Shown here piece after piece: positions 10,004-19,211 of a stretch of 64,000 nucleotides of DNA; position 1 is the first letter of the stretch; the number at the start of each line of letters is the position of its first letter. The position numbers were made by a program, and so were the translations under genes. Location of the stretch: the NCBI GenBank assembly GCA_019309485.1, contig JAFDGC010000016.1, forward strand, positions 8,294 through 72,293, in the 5' to 3' direction. The stretch is from Deltaproteobacteria bacterium. Its GTDB lineage: Bacteria; Desulfobacterota; Desulfobacteria; Desulfobacterales; UBA2156. Below the pieces are notes generated by a model. The model was not told where the DNA came from, did no database searches, and saw nothing but the letters and a program-made list of their open reading frames with translations.

Positions 10004-12229
10004 ATGAAGATGGATCGAAGAAGCTTTTTATCCTTTTTGATCGGCGGCGCGGCGGGAACGACACTCTCCCCCTTGCCGTGGAAGCTCACGGATGATCTGG
10101 CCATTTGGTCCCAGAACTGGCCCTGGACCCCGGTACCGGCAGGCGGGGAGGTGACCTTTGTCGAGACGACGTGCATGTTGTGTCCAGGGGGCTGCGGCGT
10201 CACGGTACGCAAAGTGGGGGATCGCGCCGTAAAGATTGAAGGAACACCGGGACATCCCGTCAACGACGGGGGGATTTGTATCCTTGGACTGTCCGGTCTC
10301 CAGCTGCTGTATGGTCCCACGCGTGTCCCCGCGCCCCTTCGGCGTGCCGGCGGGCGCGGCGAGAACCACTGGGAAAAGATCTCCTGGGATGATGCCCTTG
10401 CCCTGGTCGTTGAAAAGCTGGCGGCCCTGCGGGAGAACCGTCTGTCCCACACCCTGGCGTGTATTTCCGGAACCGACGGCGGCACCGTGGGCCGCCTCAT
10501 GGAACGGTTCCTCACCGCGTACGGATCCCCCAACTTTATCCGAACCCCCTCCATGCGGGATGCCTACGAAATGACCCTTCACCTGATGCAAGGGGTTCAG
10601 GCATCCGCGGGATTCGACGTGGAAAACGCGGATTTCATTTTGAGTTTTGGAAGCGGTATCCTCGAAGGGTGGGGGTCCCCGGTCCGCATGTTCCGGGCCC
10701 ACAGCGCCTGGAAGGAAAAGGGGGTCAAGGTGGTCCAGATCGAACCCCGGCTTTCCAACACGGCGGCAAAATCCGATAAATGGCTCCCGGTGAACCCGGG
10801 AACCGAAGCGGTCCTTGCACTGGGCTTGGCCCATGTGATCCTGAAGGAATCCTTGCACCGGAAGGAATTTGTCGATTTTTATGCATCGGGGCTTGACCGG
10901 TGGAAAAACGAAGTGATTTCCAAGTGGACGCCCGAACAGGTGGAAGCGGTGACGGGGATCGATAAAAGCACGACCGTCGCCCTGGCCCGGAGCTTCGCCC
11001 GGGCTGACCACCCCCTGGCCCTTTGCGGGCGGGGGAAGGGGAGCACACCCGGGAGCATCGGCGAGTTCATGGCGGTGCATGCCCTCAACGCCCTGGTGGG
11101 GAACATCAACCGGAAAGGCGGCGTGTGGGCGGTTCCGGGCCCCGATTACATCCGCTGGCCCGAAGTGGAGATGGACGCCACGGCCGCCGCGGGAATGCAG
11201 CAACCCCGCATCGACGGTGCCGGAACGGAAAAATACATCTTCGCCCGGCATCTCCTCCATCGGGTCCCGGAAATGGTCACCGCCGCCGACCCCTCCCTGG
11301 TGCAGGCCTTGTTCATCCTGGAAGCCAACCCGTACTATACCCTTTCCGATTCGGCCCTTTTGAAGAAGGCATGGGACAAAATCCCCTTCATCGTCAGCTT
11401 TTCTTCCTTTATGGATGAAACGGCCCAAAACGCCGACTTGATCCTTCCCAACCATATGTACTTGGAACGATACGAAGATGTTTCCTATGCGGAAGGGTTC
11501 AACAAGCCGTACATCGGATTGGCCAAACCCGTGATCCATCCCCAATTCAGCACCATGCACGCCGGGGATGTGATTCTGCGGTTGGCAAAGGCCTTGGGGG
11601 ATCCTGTGCAAAAGGCATTCCCCTGGGAGGATTATGAAGGCTGCCTGGATGACACTTTCGGCGATGCGCTGGAGACACTCCGGGAAACCGGTTACCGGGT
11701 GGAAGCGGACTTTGCACCAGGTTCCGGGTATCCGGTGTTTGAAACCGCTTCGGGAAGATTCGAATTCATCCCCGAGGAAATCCGGGATGCGGGAATGCAG
11801 GCGATGGTACAGCCCCAGGGAGAGGAACCGGCGTTTCCCCTGATATTGATTCCCTTTGATTCCCAACGGCTTGCCAACGGGTACATCGGTGATCCGCCAT
11901 TTGTCATCAAGACCGTCCCGGACACGGTATTGAAGGGAGACGCCCTTTTTGTGGAGGTCCATCCCGAAACGGCCAAGGCCATAGGGCTTTCCGAGGGGAG
12001 AGCGGCCCTTTTGGCAACGCCCAAAGGGCAGGCCCGGGTGCGGGTCCATCTTTTTGAAGGGATCATGCCGGGGCTGGTGGGGATTCCCACGGGCCTCGGG
12101 CATCAGGCCTATGACGGGTACCTGGCCGGAAAAGGCGTGAACGCCAACGCGCTGATGGGTCCGGTGGAGGACGGGGCGTCCGGGCTCAACGCCGCGTGGG
12201 GCATTCGGGCGAAATTGTCCCGGGTATGA
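10004..12229 (+). CDS. qrcB: Molybdopterin-oxidoreductase-family periplasmic subunit with Tat signal, QrcB-like
   Basis: Twin-arginine leader MKMDRRSFLSFLIGGAAGT at ATG 10004. The track ORF from 9791 overlaps qrcA and is rejected. The remainder shows a DMSO-reductase-family fold pattern (CMLCPGGCG...). Confidence 0.8.
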   Translation: MKMDRRSFLSFLIGGAAGTTLSPLPWKLTDDLAIWSQNWPWTPVPAGGEVTFVETTCMLCPGGCGVTVRKVGDRAVKIEGTPGHPVNDGGICILGLSGLQLLYGPTRVPAPLRRAGGRGENHWEKISWDDALALVVEKLAALRENRLSHTLACISGTDGGTVGRLMERFLTAYGSPNFIRTPSMRDAYEMTLHLMQGVQASAGFDVENADFILSFGSGILEGWGSPVRMFRAHSAWKEKGVKVVQIEPRLSNTAAKSDKWLPVNPGTEAVLALGLAHVILKESLHRKEFVDFYASGLDRWKNEVISKWTPEQVEAVTGIDKSTTVALARSFARADHPLALCGRGKGSTPGSIGEFMAVHALNALVGNINRKGGVWAVPGPDYIRWPEVEMDATAAAGMQQPRIDGAGTEKYIFARHLLHRVPEMVTAADPSLVQALFILEANPYYTLSDSALLKKAWDKIPFIVSFSSFMDETAQNADLILPNHMYLERYEDVSYAEGFNKPYIGLAKPVIHPQFSTMHAGDVILRLAKALGDPVQKAFPWEDYEGCLDDTFGDALETLRETGYRVEADFAPGSGYPVFETASGRFEFIPEEIRDAGMQAMVQPQGEEPAFPLILIPFDSQRLANGYIGDPPFVIKTVPDTVLKGDALFVEVHPETAKAIGLSEGRAALLATPKGQARVRVHLFEGIMPGLVGIPTGLGHQAYDGYLAGKGVNANALMGPVEDGASGLNAAWGIRAKLSRV

Positions 12230-12303
12230 AGTTGTTGCCGGGCGTCAAGAGACGCGGCGCTTATTGCGCAAGATCGAAATTCCACATTGCATAAGAGGTT
12301 CCG

Positions 12304-13107
12304 ATGAAACACGAGCAGGCCAAGAAGTACGGAATGGTGATCGATCTCGACAAATGCACCGGATGCGGCGCTTGCATGGTCGCCTGCATGGCGGAAAACA
12401 ATGTTCCGTTCAAAGAGGACGAAACCAACAAGCTGGACAGCATTACTTGGATGCGCGTCTACCAGCTGACCAACGGGAAACCCTTTCCGGATACGGACAT
12501 CTGTTATCTTCCACGGCCCTGCATGCATTGCGAGGGGGATCACGGCCATTCACCCTGCGTCTCCGTCTGTCCGGCCACCGCCACCGATTATAGTATGGAC
12601 ACCGGGATCGTCAGCCAGATTTACACACGGTGCTTCGGATGCCGGTATTGCATGGCGGCCTGCCCGTATCACGCCCGGTACTTCAACTGGTGGGATCCGG
12701 TCTGGCCCAACGGCATGGAAAAGTATCTCAACCCCAACGTATCTCCCCGCATGCGGGGGGTGGTGGAAAAATGCAGCTTTTGTTACCACCGGTATCAGCT
12801 GGCCAAGGACAGGGCCTTCATGGAAGGCCGGCGGGAACTGGAGGAAGAGGAATACCAGACCGCCTGCACCCAGGCCTGCCCGGCAGGGGCCATCGTTTTC
12901 GGAGACTTGAACAACAAAACCCACCGGGTTCATCAGATCGTTCAGCCGGACCCGGCCCACGCAGGCCGTCCAAAAAACCCCAAGGCATTCCGGCTCCTGG
13001 AACGCCTGGGGACCAATCCCAAGGTCTATTACTTGTCGAGCCGTGAATGGGTCCGGCGGTCCGGAGACCACTATCTGCCCCATGAAGGGCCGGGCGGGGG
13101 ACACTGA
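12304..13107 (+). CDS. qrcC: 4Fe-4S ferredoxin-type iron-sulfur subunit, QrcC-like
   Basis: KYGMVIDLDKCTGCGACMVACMAENN, plus further Cys clusters CMHCE, CFGCRYCMAACP and CSFC...CTQACP. Confidence 0.85.
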   Translation: MKHEQAKKYGMVIDLDKCTGCGACMVACMAENNVPFKEDETNKLDSITWMRVYQLTNGKPFPDTDICYLPRPCMHCEGDHGHSPCVSVCPATATDYSMDTGIVSQIYTRCFGCRYCMAACPYHARYFNWWDPVWPNGMEKYLNPNVSPRMRGVVEKCSFCYHRYQLAKDRAFMEGRRELEEEEYQTACTQACPAGAIVFGDLNNKTHRVHQIVQPDPAHAGRPKNPKAFRLLERLGTNPKVYYLSSREWVRRSGDHYLPHEGPGGGH

Positions 13108-13176
13108 GCATCTCATGAACCGGCATCAAAAACGACGCAACAGCAAGGAACCTGAGGCATAAAAAGCGAGGAACGT

Positions 13177-14496
13177 ATGGATGACGCATTGTTTCCCAAA
13201 GGGGTGAAACGCTGCCCGCTGCCGGAATTTCTCATGAAGTTGGGGCCGGTGGTGGCGCTTCTGATCTGGGGCGTGGTGGCCATGCTCATGTGCTGGATCA
13301 AGGGGCTCAACCAGACCAACATGAACGACGCCTACGGGTTCGCCGCCTGGATCTGGGCGGACCTGACAGTGATCGCCCTGGGGGGCGGGGCGTTTTTCAC
13401 GGGATTTTTGAGATATCTCATCGGGAAGGAAAAGCTGAAAAACATCATCAACTTCGCCGTTCTTATCGGGTTCATCTGTTACAGTTCGGCCTTGTTGATT
13501 TTGGCCATCGATATCGGCCAGCCGTTGAGGGGATGGTTCATCTTCTGGCACGCCAATGTCCATTCCATGCTCACCGAAGTGGCCTTTTGCCTGACCTGTT
13601 ATTTCGGCGTTTTGACCATCGAGTATCTTCCCCTGGTCTTGGAAAACCGCCAGATCGACCGGGTTCCCTTTTTCCACAATTTGACTCATCATATGCACGA
13701 GGTCATGCCGCTGTTCGCCGCCACAGGGGCGTTTTTAAGCTTTTTCCACCAGGGCTCCCTGGGAGGTGTGGCCGGCGTTCTCTTCGGACGTCCTTTCGCG
13801 TTTCGGGAAGGCCTTTTCATCTGGCCCTGGACCTTTTTCCTCTTTACATGGTCGGCGGCGGCCTACGGACCGTGTTTCACCATCATGTTGGCCAAGATCA
13901 CCGAAAAGGTCACCGGCAAAAGGCTCATCAAGGATGATGTCTACGACCTGCTGGCCAAGATTGCCGGATGGATGATGGCTACCTACATCGTGGCCAAGAT
14001 CATCGATACCTGGTACTGGGCGACGGTCACGGCGCCGGCCAGGGGGATGACCTTCATGCAGTTTTATTCCAACAATCCCCTGTACGGCATCTGGATTCTG
14101 ATCCTGGAGATCGTCATCGGCGGGGTGATCCCGGCGGCCATCCTGCTCACCCGGAAAGGGAGAAACACGCCTTTCGCGCTGATGACGGCCGTGGTCCTGG
14201 GGGTCATCGGCGTGTGCGTCAACCGGTGGGTCATGGTGCTCCAGACCCTGGCGGTGCCGGTACTCCCCTTCGAAGGGTGGCCCATGTATTATCCCAGCTG
14301 GCAGGAAGTGGCCACCACCCTCTTGCCCGTGGCGTACGGCATTATTCTGGTGGCTTTTTCTTACCGGTATCTTCCGGTCTTTCCCCAGGAGGCGGAACTG
14401 AATCCCATCGTATCGGAACCCGCGGCACCACCGGCACCCGCGCCCGACACCGACGCCGAACCCGCTGACGCCGAACTGAGCCCGGCCCAGGCATAA
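13177..14496 (+). CDS. qrcD: NrfD/PsrC-family integral membrane quinone-interacting subunit, QrcD-like
   Basis: 439-aa polytopic membrane ORF directly after the FeS subunit, which is the typical NrfD-like arrangement. Confidence 0.85.
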   Translation: MDDALFPKGVKRCPLPEFLMKLGPVVALLIWGVVAMLMCWIKGLNQTNMNDAYGFAAWIWADLTVIALGGGAFFTGFLRYLIGKEKLKNIINFAVLIGFICYSSALLILAIDIGQPLRGWFIFWHANVHSMLTEVAFCLTCYFGVLTIEYLPLVLENRQIDRVPFFHNLTHHMHEVMPLFAATGAFLSFFHQGSLGGVAGVLFGRPFAFREGLFIWPWTFFLFTWSAAAYGPCFTIMLAKITEKVTGKRLIKDDVYDLLAKIAGWMMATYIVAKIIDTWYWATVTAPARGMTFMQFYSNNPLYGIWILILEIVIGGVIPAAILLTRKGRNTPFALMTAVVLGVIGVCVNRWVMVLQTLAVPVLPFEGWPMYYPSWQEVATTLLPVAYGIILVAFSYRYLPVFPQEAELNPIVSEPAAPPAPAPDTDAEPADAELSPAQA

Positions 14497-14508
14497 ACGG
14501 AGGAGAAG

Positions 14509-14667
14509 ATGTTTCCATTTAATTTCGAGTGGATCTGGGACATGTCCCATCTGGTCTTCATGGGCGGACTTTGGTTTGCACTGACGATCCTGGGTCTGGG
14601 CATGGCCTATTGCATCATCAAGGCGGTCATCGATACGGCCCAGGGGAAGGGCGGCGGGCACCACTGA
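14509..14667 (+). CDS. Unannotated small membrane protein (52 aa) at the end of the qrc operon
   Basis: Below the ORF-track size cutoff. ATG at 14509 lies 12 nt after the qrcD stop, with SD GGAGGAG (14499-14505). Translation: MFPFNFEWIWDMSHLVFMGGLWFALTILGLGMAYCIIKAVIDTAQGKGGGHH, with one clear TM helix. The stop at 14665-14667 lies upstream of the operon terminator. Confidence 0.45.
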   Translation: MFPFNFEWIWDMSHLVFMGGLWFALTILGLGMAYCIIKAVIDTAQGKGGGHH

Positions 14668-14697
14668 TCCGTCGGGCATAGAATCATCGCATAAGGG

Positions 14698-14734
14698 AAG
14701 CGCTTCTGCCGGATCCTGGGCAGAAGCGCTTTTG
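14698..14734 (+). terminator. Rho-independent terminator of the qrc operon
   Basis: 13-bp perfect stem AAGCGCTTCTGCC (14698-14710) / GGCAGAAGCGCTT (14719-14731), 8-nt loop, followed by a T-run. Confidence 0.7.
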
Positions 14735-14748
14735 TATTGGGAGGAAGA

Positions 14749-16002
14749 ATGGATCGCATCGTGATAGAAGGCGGACGGCCGCTAAAGGGGGAGGTCCGCA
14801 TCGGGGGCGCCAAGAATGCGGCGTTGCCCATATTGGCCTCCGCCCTTTTGACGGATGGATGGAACACCTTTGATAATGTTCCGAATCTCATGGATGTGCA
14901 GAGTATCGAGCGGCTCTTGTCGCACCTGGGGGCGGTGGTGGAAAGGGGCCCGGGAGAGGTGCGGATCAACGCCGCAGGGCTGAAAAATTCCGAGGCCCCT
15001 TATGACCTGGTTCGGAAAATGCGGGCGTCCATCCTGGTGCTGGGTCCTTTGGTCGCCCGCCTGAAAAAGGCCCGGGTCTCTTTGCCCGGCGGGTGCGCCA
15101 TCGGCGCGCGGCCCATCAACATCCACCTGAAGGCCCTGGAAGAGATGGGGGCCACCCTGGAACTCAAGGGCGGATACGTGGAGGCCGCAGCCCCGAGACT
15201 GCGGGGCAAGGAATTGTTTCTGGATGTGCCCACGGTGACCGGAACCGAGAATATCTTGATGGCGGCGGTGCTGGCCGAAGGCCGGACGATTATCCGGAAC
15301 GCAGCCCGGGAGCCGGAAGTCTCGGCATTGGCCGACACCCTCAATCGGATGGGGGGGCGAATCACCGGCGCGGGGACTTCGGTGATTACCGTGGACGGCG
15401 TTTCTTCCTTGTCCCCGGTTTCGACCGCCATCATTCCGGACCGCATCGAAGCAGGGACCTTCATGGTGGCAGCGGCGCTGACCCGGGGGGACGTTCTCCT
15501 GAAAGGATGTGATCCGGCGCATCAGGGCGCGCTCATGGATAAACTCCTCATGGTGGGAGCGAAAATCCAAGTCGAAGAAGGCGGTATCCGTGTCCGCGGG
15601 GGCGACACCATCGCCAGTGTGGATGTAAAGACGCTTCCATACCCGGGTTTTCCCACGGATATGCAGGCCCAGTTCATGGTGTTGATGTCTGTTGCAAAGG
15701 GCCTGAGTGTCATCTCCGAGACGATTTTCGAAAACCGGTTCATCCATGTCAGCGAACTGCGCCGGTTGGGGGCCGATATCATTGTTTCGGGGAACACGGC
15801 CGCAATCAAGGGGGTCCCGGCCCTTTCCGGGGCGCCGGTGATGGCCACGGATTTGAGGGCCAGCGCCTCTTTGGTGCTGGCGGGCCTCATCGCCAAAGGG
15901 ACCACCGTGGTCAACCGGGTATATCATCTGGATCGCGGTTACGAGAAGATGGAAGAAAAATTTGCCCGTCTGGGTGCCGCCATCAAACGCATTCGAGATT
16001 AG
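14749..16002 (+). CDS. murA: UDP-N-acetylglucosamine 1-carboxyvinyltransferase
   Basis: [34 protein letters not shown], with an active-site Cys context [23 protein letters not shown] precedes ATG 14749; the track start at 14737 is TTG. Confidence 0.95.
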   Translation: MDRIVIEGGRPLKGEVRIGGAKNAALPILASALLTDGWNTFDNVPNLMDVQSIERLLSHLGAVVERGPGEVRINAAGLKNSEAPYDLVRKMRASILVLGPLVARLKKARVSLPGGCAIGARPINIHLKALEEMGATLELKGGYVEAAAPRLRGKELFLDVPTVTGTENILMAAVLAEGRTIIRNAAREPEVSALADTLNRMGGRITGAGTSVITVDGVSSLSPVSTAIIPDRIEAGTFMVAAALTRGDVLLKGCDPAHQGALMDKLLMVGAKIQVEEGGIRVRGGDTIASVDVKTLPYPGFPTDMQAQFMVLMSVAKGLSVISETIFENRFIHVSELRRLGADIIVSGNTAAIKGVPALSGAPVMATDLRASASLVLAGLIAKGTTVVNRVYHLDRGYEKMEEKFARLGAAIKRIRD

Positions 16003-16061
16003 GGCGTGCCGGAATCCATTGATGTGAACCGGTGCACGGGCACGGTGAGGGGTGAACGCAG

Positions 16062-18623
16062 ATGCGCCAGAGGACCTATTTCCGTCCCCTGATCCCGCTG
16101 TTGTTGTCCCTTATTTCCGGGATCTTTGTCGGAACGCGATTCCCCGGGCATTGGATATGGGGTGTTTTGGGGGCGGGTGCGGCAGGCGCCTTTATCGGTC
16201 ACTCTCGGATACGCCGGAAAGAAACCCTCCTTTCCCCTTTGCTTTTCTTTATTCTCCTCGGATATCTCTCCGTCCAGCCCTGGTCCGCGCCCCGGTTCCC
16301 CGAAAACCACGTGGTGCGATTCATCGGCCTCCAAAAACGGCATCTCTCCGGGACCGTGGCAGGCGAGATCCGCCGGGACGAAAAGCGGACGCGCTTTGTC
16401 CTGACACACCTTTCGATAAAGGATCGAAGGACGAACTCGGAGGGGGCCCTTCCCGTGGCGGGAAAACTCCGGGTCTCCTGTTGGGGGAACCCCCCGGCGT
16501 TTCAGGCAGGGGACCGGCTTTGGCTCACGGCACGGATCCGTCCCGTCAACAGTTTTCAAAACCCCGGGGGATTTGATTATCGAAGGTATCTGGCCTTTAA
16601 AGGGATCTGGGCCAATGCCTATACGTCCGAAAGGGATCTGCGCGTCGCGCCGGAAACGGGAAAATCGTCTTTTTTTTATCGGATTCAAGGGTTCCGCCAA
16701 ACCCTTTCCCGCTTCATCGACGGCCGCCTTCTTGCGTATTCCGCCGAGACGAGGGAGATCCTCAAGGCCCTGGTGCTGGGATTCCGGTCGGAGATTCCCG
16801 CCGATCTGCGGGAGGCCTTCAGCCGGGCGGGGGTCAGCCACATCCTGGCCATTTCCGGACTTCACATCGGCATCGTCGCCGGGGTGGCCTTTTGGCTTTG
16901 GATCCAGGCCCTTTCCTGTTCCGGGGTATTGCTGCGGCGCGCCTGGACCCGGAAGGTGGCTGCCTTGTTATCCCTGATCCCGGTCCTGGGCTATGGGCTC
17001 TTGTCCGGGATGGCGCCGTCCACCCAGCGGGCCGTCATCATGGTGGCGGTTTTCCTTGCGGCCCTTTTCTTTGAAAAGGAGCACGAACCCTTCAACACCC
17101 TGGCCCTGGCCGCCCTGGTTATTTTGCTCGTCCATCCGCCCGCCCTTTTTTCCATCTCCTTCCAGCTCTCCTTTGCCTCTGTCTTTTCGATCCTTTTCGG
17201 TATGTCCAAGACCAGAGGGTGGTGGGAGCGCAGTCATAAAACCGGGAAAGAATCTCTTTTTTCAAGGGTGCGGCGATGGCTTGTTTCCTTTTTGCTGGTT
17301 TCCACCTTTGCCGTGCTGGGGACAATTCCCATCGTGATGCTTTATTTCAACAGGGTTGCGTTGATTTCTTTAGCGGCAAACATGGCAATCGTTCCCCTGA
17401 TCGGTTTTCTGGCGGTCCCCGGGGGGCTTTTGGGTGTTTGTCTCTTTCCTGTTTTTCCTCACGGATCGGCGATGTGCCTTGAGTTTTCCGCAGTTGTCAT
17501 CCAAGAGGCCATTGACGCAGTGCACTTTTTTTCCCGAATCCCCTATGCGTCCCTGGATACCTTCACGCCGACGGGATTTGAAATGTTTTTGTATTATGCG
17601 GCCATGGGGTTTGTTTTCCATGGGATCCATCGGAAAAAGGGCCTTTTTGAATCCCCGTCATGGGATCCATCGGAAAAAGGACTTTTCCCTTTTTTGGATC
17701 GTTATATTCCCCTAACGCTCTACCGGCGATGGAAAACGGTGGGGATTTTTATTCTTGTTTCAGGGCTCGCCGCGGATGCGGGGTACTGGCTCCACTACCG
17801 GTTGTGGCATACGGATCTCCGGGTCAGCGTCATTGATGTGGGGGCGGGTAACGCCATTCTGGCGGAGTTGCCCAAGGGGTACAACCTCCTCATCGACGGA
17901 GGCGGATTCCCCGACAACACCGCCTTTGACGTCGGCGCTAGCGTGGTGGCGCCTTTTTTGCGGCGGAAAAAAATCCATTTTCTCGATGCCGTTGTCTTAT
18001 CCCATCCCAACAGCGACCACATGAACGGCTTGATCCATATCCTCCGTCATTTCCGCGTGAAGGCCCTTTGGACCAACGGCGACCGGGAGGAATCCGAATC
18101 CTTTCATGCATTCATGCGCGCCGTTGGCGAAGAACAAATCCCGATCCCGCCCTATGAGAAATTGCCCCGAAGCTTTAGGATCAACGGCACCGATGTCGGC
18201 ATTTTATATCCGCCGCCGGGATACCGAAGGTTCAAAGAAAGGGAGCGGTGGCGCAATACCAACAACAACTCCATGGTCCTTAGGGTTCGCTACAAAAATG
18301 CCGCATTCCTTTTTCCGGGGGATATTATGGCCCAGGCGGAAGATGAACTGATCCGCATTGCCGGGGATACGATCCAAAGCACCGTAATGGTGGCGCCGCA
18401 TCACGGGAGCAAGACCTCCAACACCGTGGCTTTTGTGAAGACCGTCAAGCCCCGAGTGGTCATCGTCTCCGCAGGCAACCGGGGCCCTCATTCGAAAATC
18501 CTTCAGCGGTACCGCCGTTTCGGGGCCAGAATTTATTCGACGCATGTCCACGGGGCGGTAAGGATTTTGGTCGATGATTCCGGGATTCAGATCCTTCCAA
18601 CGGTGAAAGACGCCCGGCTTTGA
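16062..18623 (+). CDS. comEC: DNA internalization-related competence protein ComEC/Rec2 (competence domain plus metallo-beta-lactamase domain)
   Basis: 853-aa polytopic ORF with a central ComEC pattern (GVSHILAISGLHIGIV) and a C-terminal MBL motif VLSHPNSDHMNGL. Confidence 0.85.
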   Translation: MRQRTYFRPLIPLLLSLISGIFVGTRFPGHWIWGVLGAGAAGAFIGHSRIRRKETLLSPLLFFILLGYLSVQPWSAPRFPENHVVRFIGLQKRHLSGTVAGEIRRDEKRTRFVLTHLSIKDRRTNSEGALPVAGKLRVSCWGNPPAFQAGDRLWLTARIRPVNSFQNPGGFDYRRYLAFKGIWANAYTSERDLRVAPETGKSSFFYRIQGFRQTLSRFIDGRLLAYSAETREILKALVLGFRSEIPADLREAFSRAGVSHILAISGLHIGIVAGVAFWLWIQALSCSGVLLRRAWTRKVAALLSLIPVLGYGLLSGMAPSTQRAVIMVAVFLAALFFEKEHEPFNTLALAALVILLVHPPALFSISFQLSFASVFSILFGMSKTRGWWERSHKTGKESLFSRVRRWLVSFLLVSTFAVLGTIPIVMLYFNRVALISLAANMAIVPLIGFLAVPGGLLGVCLFPVFPHGSAMCLEFSAVVIQEAIDAVHFFSRIPYASLDTFTPTGFEMFLYYAAMGFVFHGIHRKKGLFESPSWDPSEKGLFPFLDRYIPLTLYRRWKTVGIFILVSGLAADAGYWLHYRLWHTDLRVSVIDVGAGNAILAELPKGYNLLIDGGGFPDNTAFDVGASVVAPFLRRKKIHFLDAVVLSHPNSDHMNGLIHILRHFRVKALWTNGDREESESFHAFMRAVGEEQIPIPPYEKLPRSFRINGTDVGILYPPPGYRRFKERERWRNTNNNSMVLRVRYKNAAFLFPGDIMAQAEDELIRIAGDTIQSTVMVAPHHGSKTSNTVAFVKTVKPRVVIVSAGNRGPHSKILQRYRRFGARIYSTHVHGAVRILVDDSGIQILPTVKDARL

Positions 18624-18745
18624 AACGCTCAGCTTAGGAAATCCTTTCCCGGTGGCGGGACGACAACGGGTGCCCTTGGAATTGACACCGGGGCAAGATT
18701 TTGGTAACTGAAACATAAAATGCCGACCGCGAAAGGGGATGGGCT

Positions 18746-19111
18746 TTGAAACTCACGGTGGAAGACCTGACAGCGCTCCACGAAAAGGTCGCTGGTGCCC
18801 TGGCGCTCCGGCAGGAGGCATCCGCGGCCAAAATCTTTGTCCACATGGGTGACTGCGGCATCCAGGCGGGTGCCCGGAAAATCATGGAGGTTCTCCTCGA
18901 GGAACTGGAGGCCCTGAACCGGCCGGATATCCACGTTTATACCGCCGGATGTATTCAAAAATGCGACAAGGAGCCCGTCGTGACGGTGGAACTCAAAGGC
19001 GCATCCCCGATTCGATACCAGAAGATGGATCCGGAAAAAATGCGACGGGTCCTAAAAGAACATGTCCTTCAAGGGCGTGTCCAATCCGACCTTGTCTTGC
19101 CTTCTGCGTGA
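18746..19111 (+). CDS. Thioredoxin-like [2Fe-2S] ferredoxin-domain protein (NuoE/HndA-like fold)
   Basis: 121-aa ORF (TTG start) with the pattern IFVHMGDCG...AGCIQKCDKEPVVTV, which resembles thioredoxin-like ferredoxins. Only three Cys are obvious, so the cofactor call is tentative. Confidence 0.55.
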   Translation: MKLTVEDLTALHEKVAGALALRQEASAAKIFVHMGDCGIQAGARKIMEVLLEELEALNRPDIHVYTAGCIQKCDKEPVVTVELKGASPIRYQKMDPEKMRRVLKEHVLQGRVQSDLVLPSA

Positions 19112-19211
19112 CCGGAACGCTTCCCTTGAAGCCCCGCCCTTCAGGGTGGGGGGCTCCACATTTCCCCGAAAACCCTTTCCACACGCAGCATTCCAGGAGA
19201 TTTTTTGAAAG

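Noticed and set aside
8926-12103. Very long ORFs antisense to well-supported genes: 8926-10554 (-), 10028-12103 (-), 25176-26711 (-), 39776-41146 (+), 46002-47222 (+), 53560-54870 (-) and 59232-60710 (+).
   Set aside because: Their translations are R/G/P-rich and low in complexity, which is typical of shadow frames in GC-rich DNA. Each lies opposite a gene with clear family signatures.
17619-17680. A 22-bp exact direct repeat CATGGGATCCATCGGAAAAAGG occurs twice, 40 nt apart, inside comEC, and is read in two different frames (HGIHRKKG and SWDPSEKG).
   Set aside because: This is statistically real as a local duplication, but the comEC frame stays open across it. It lies in a poorly conserved linker before the beta-lactamase domain. 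I see no functional implication beyond a possible slippage or duplication scar.
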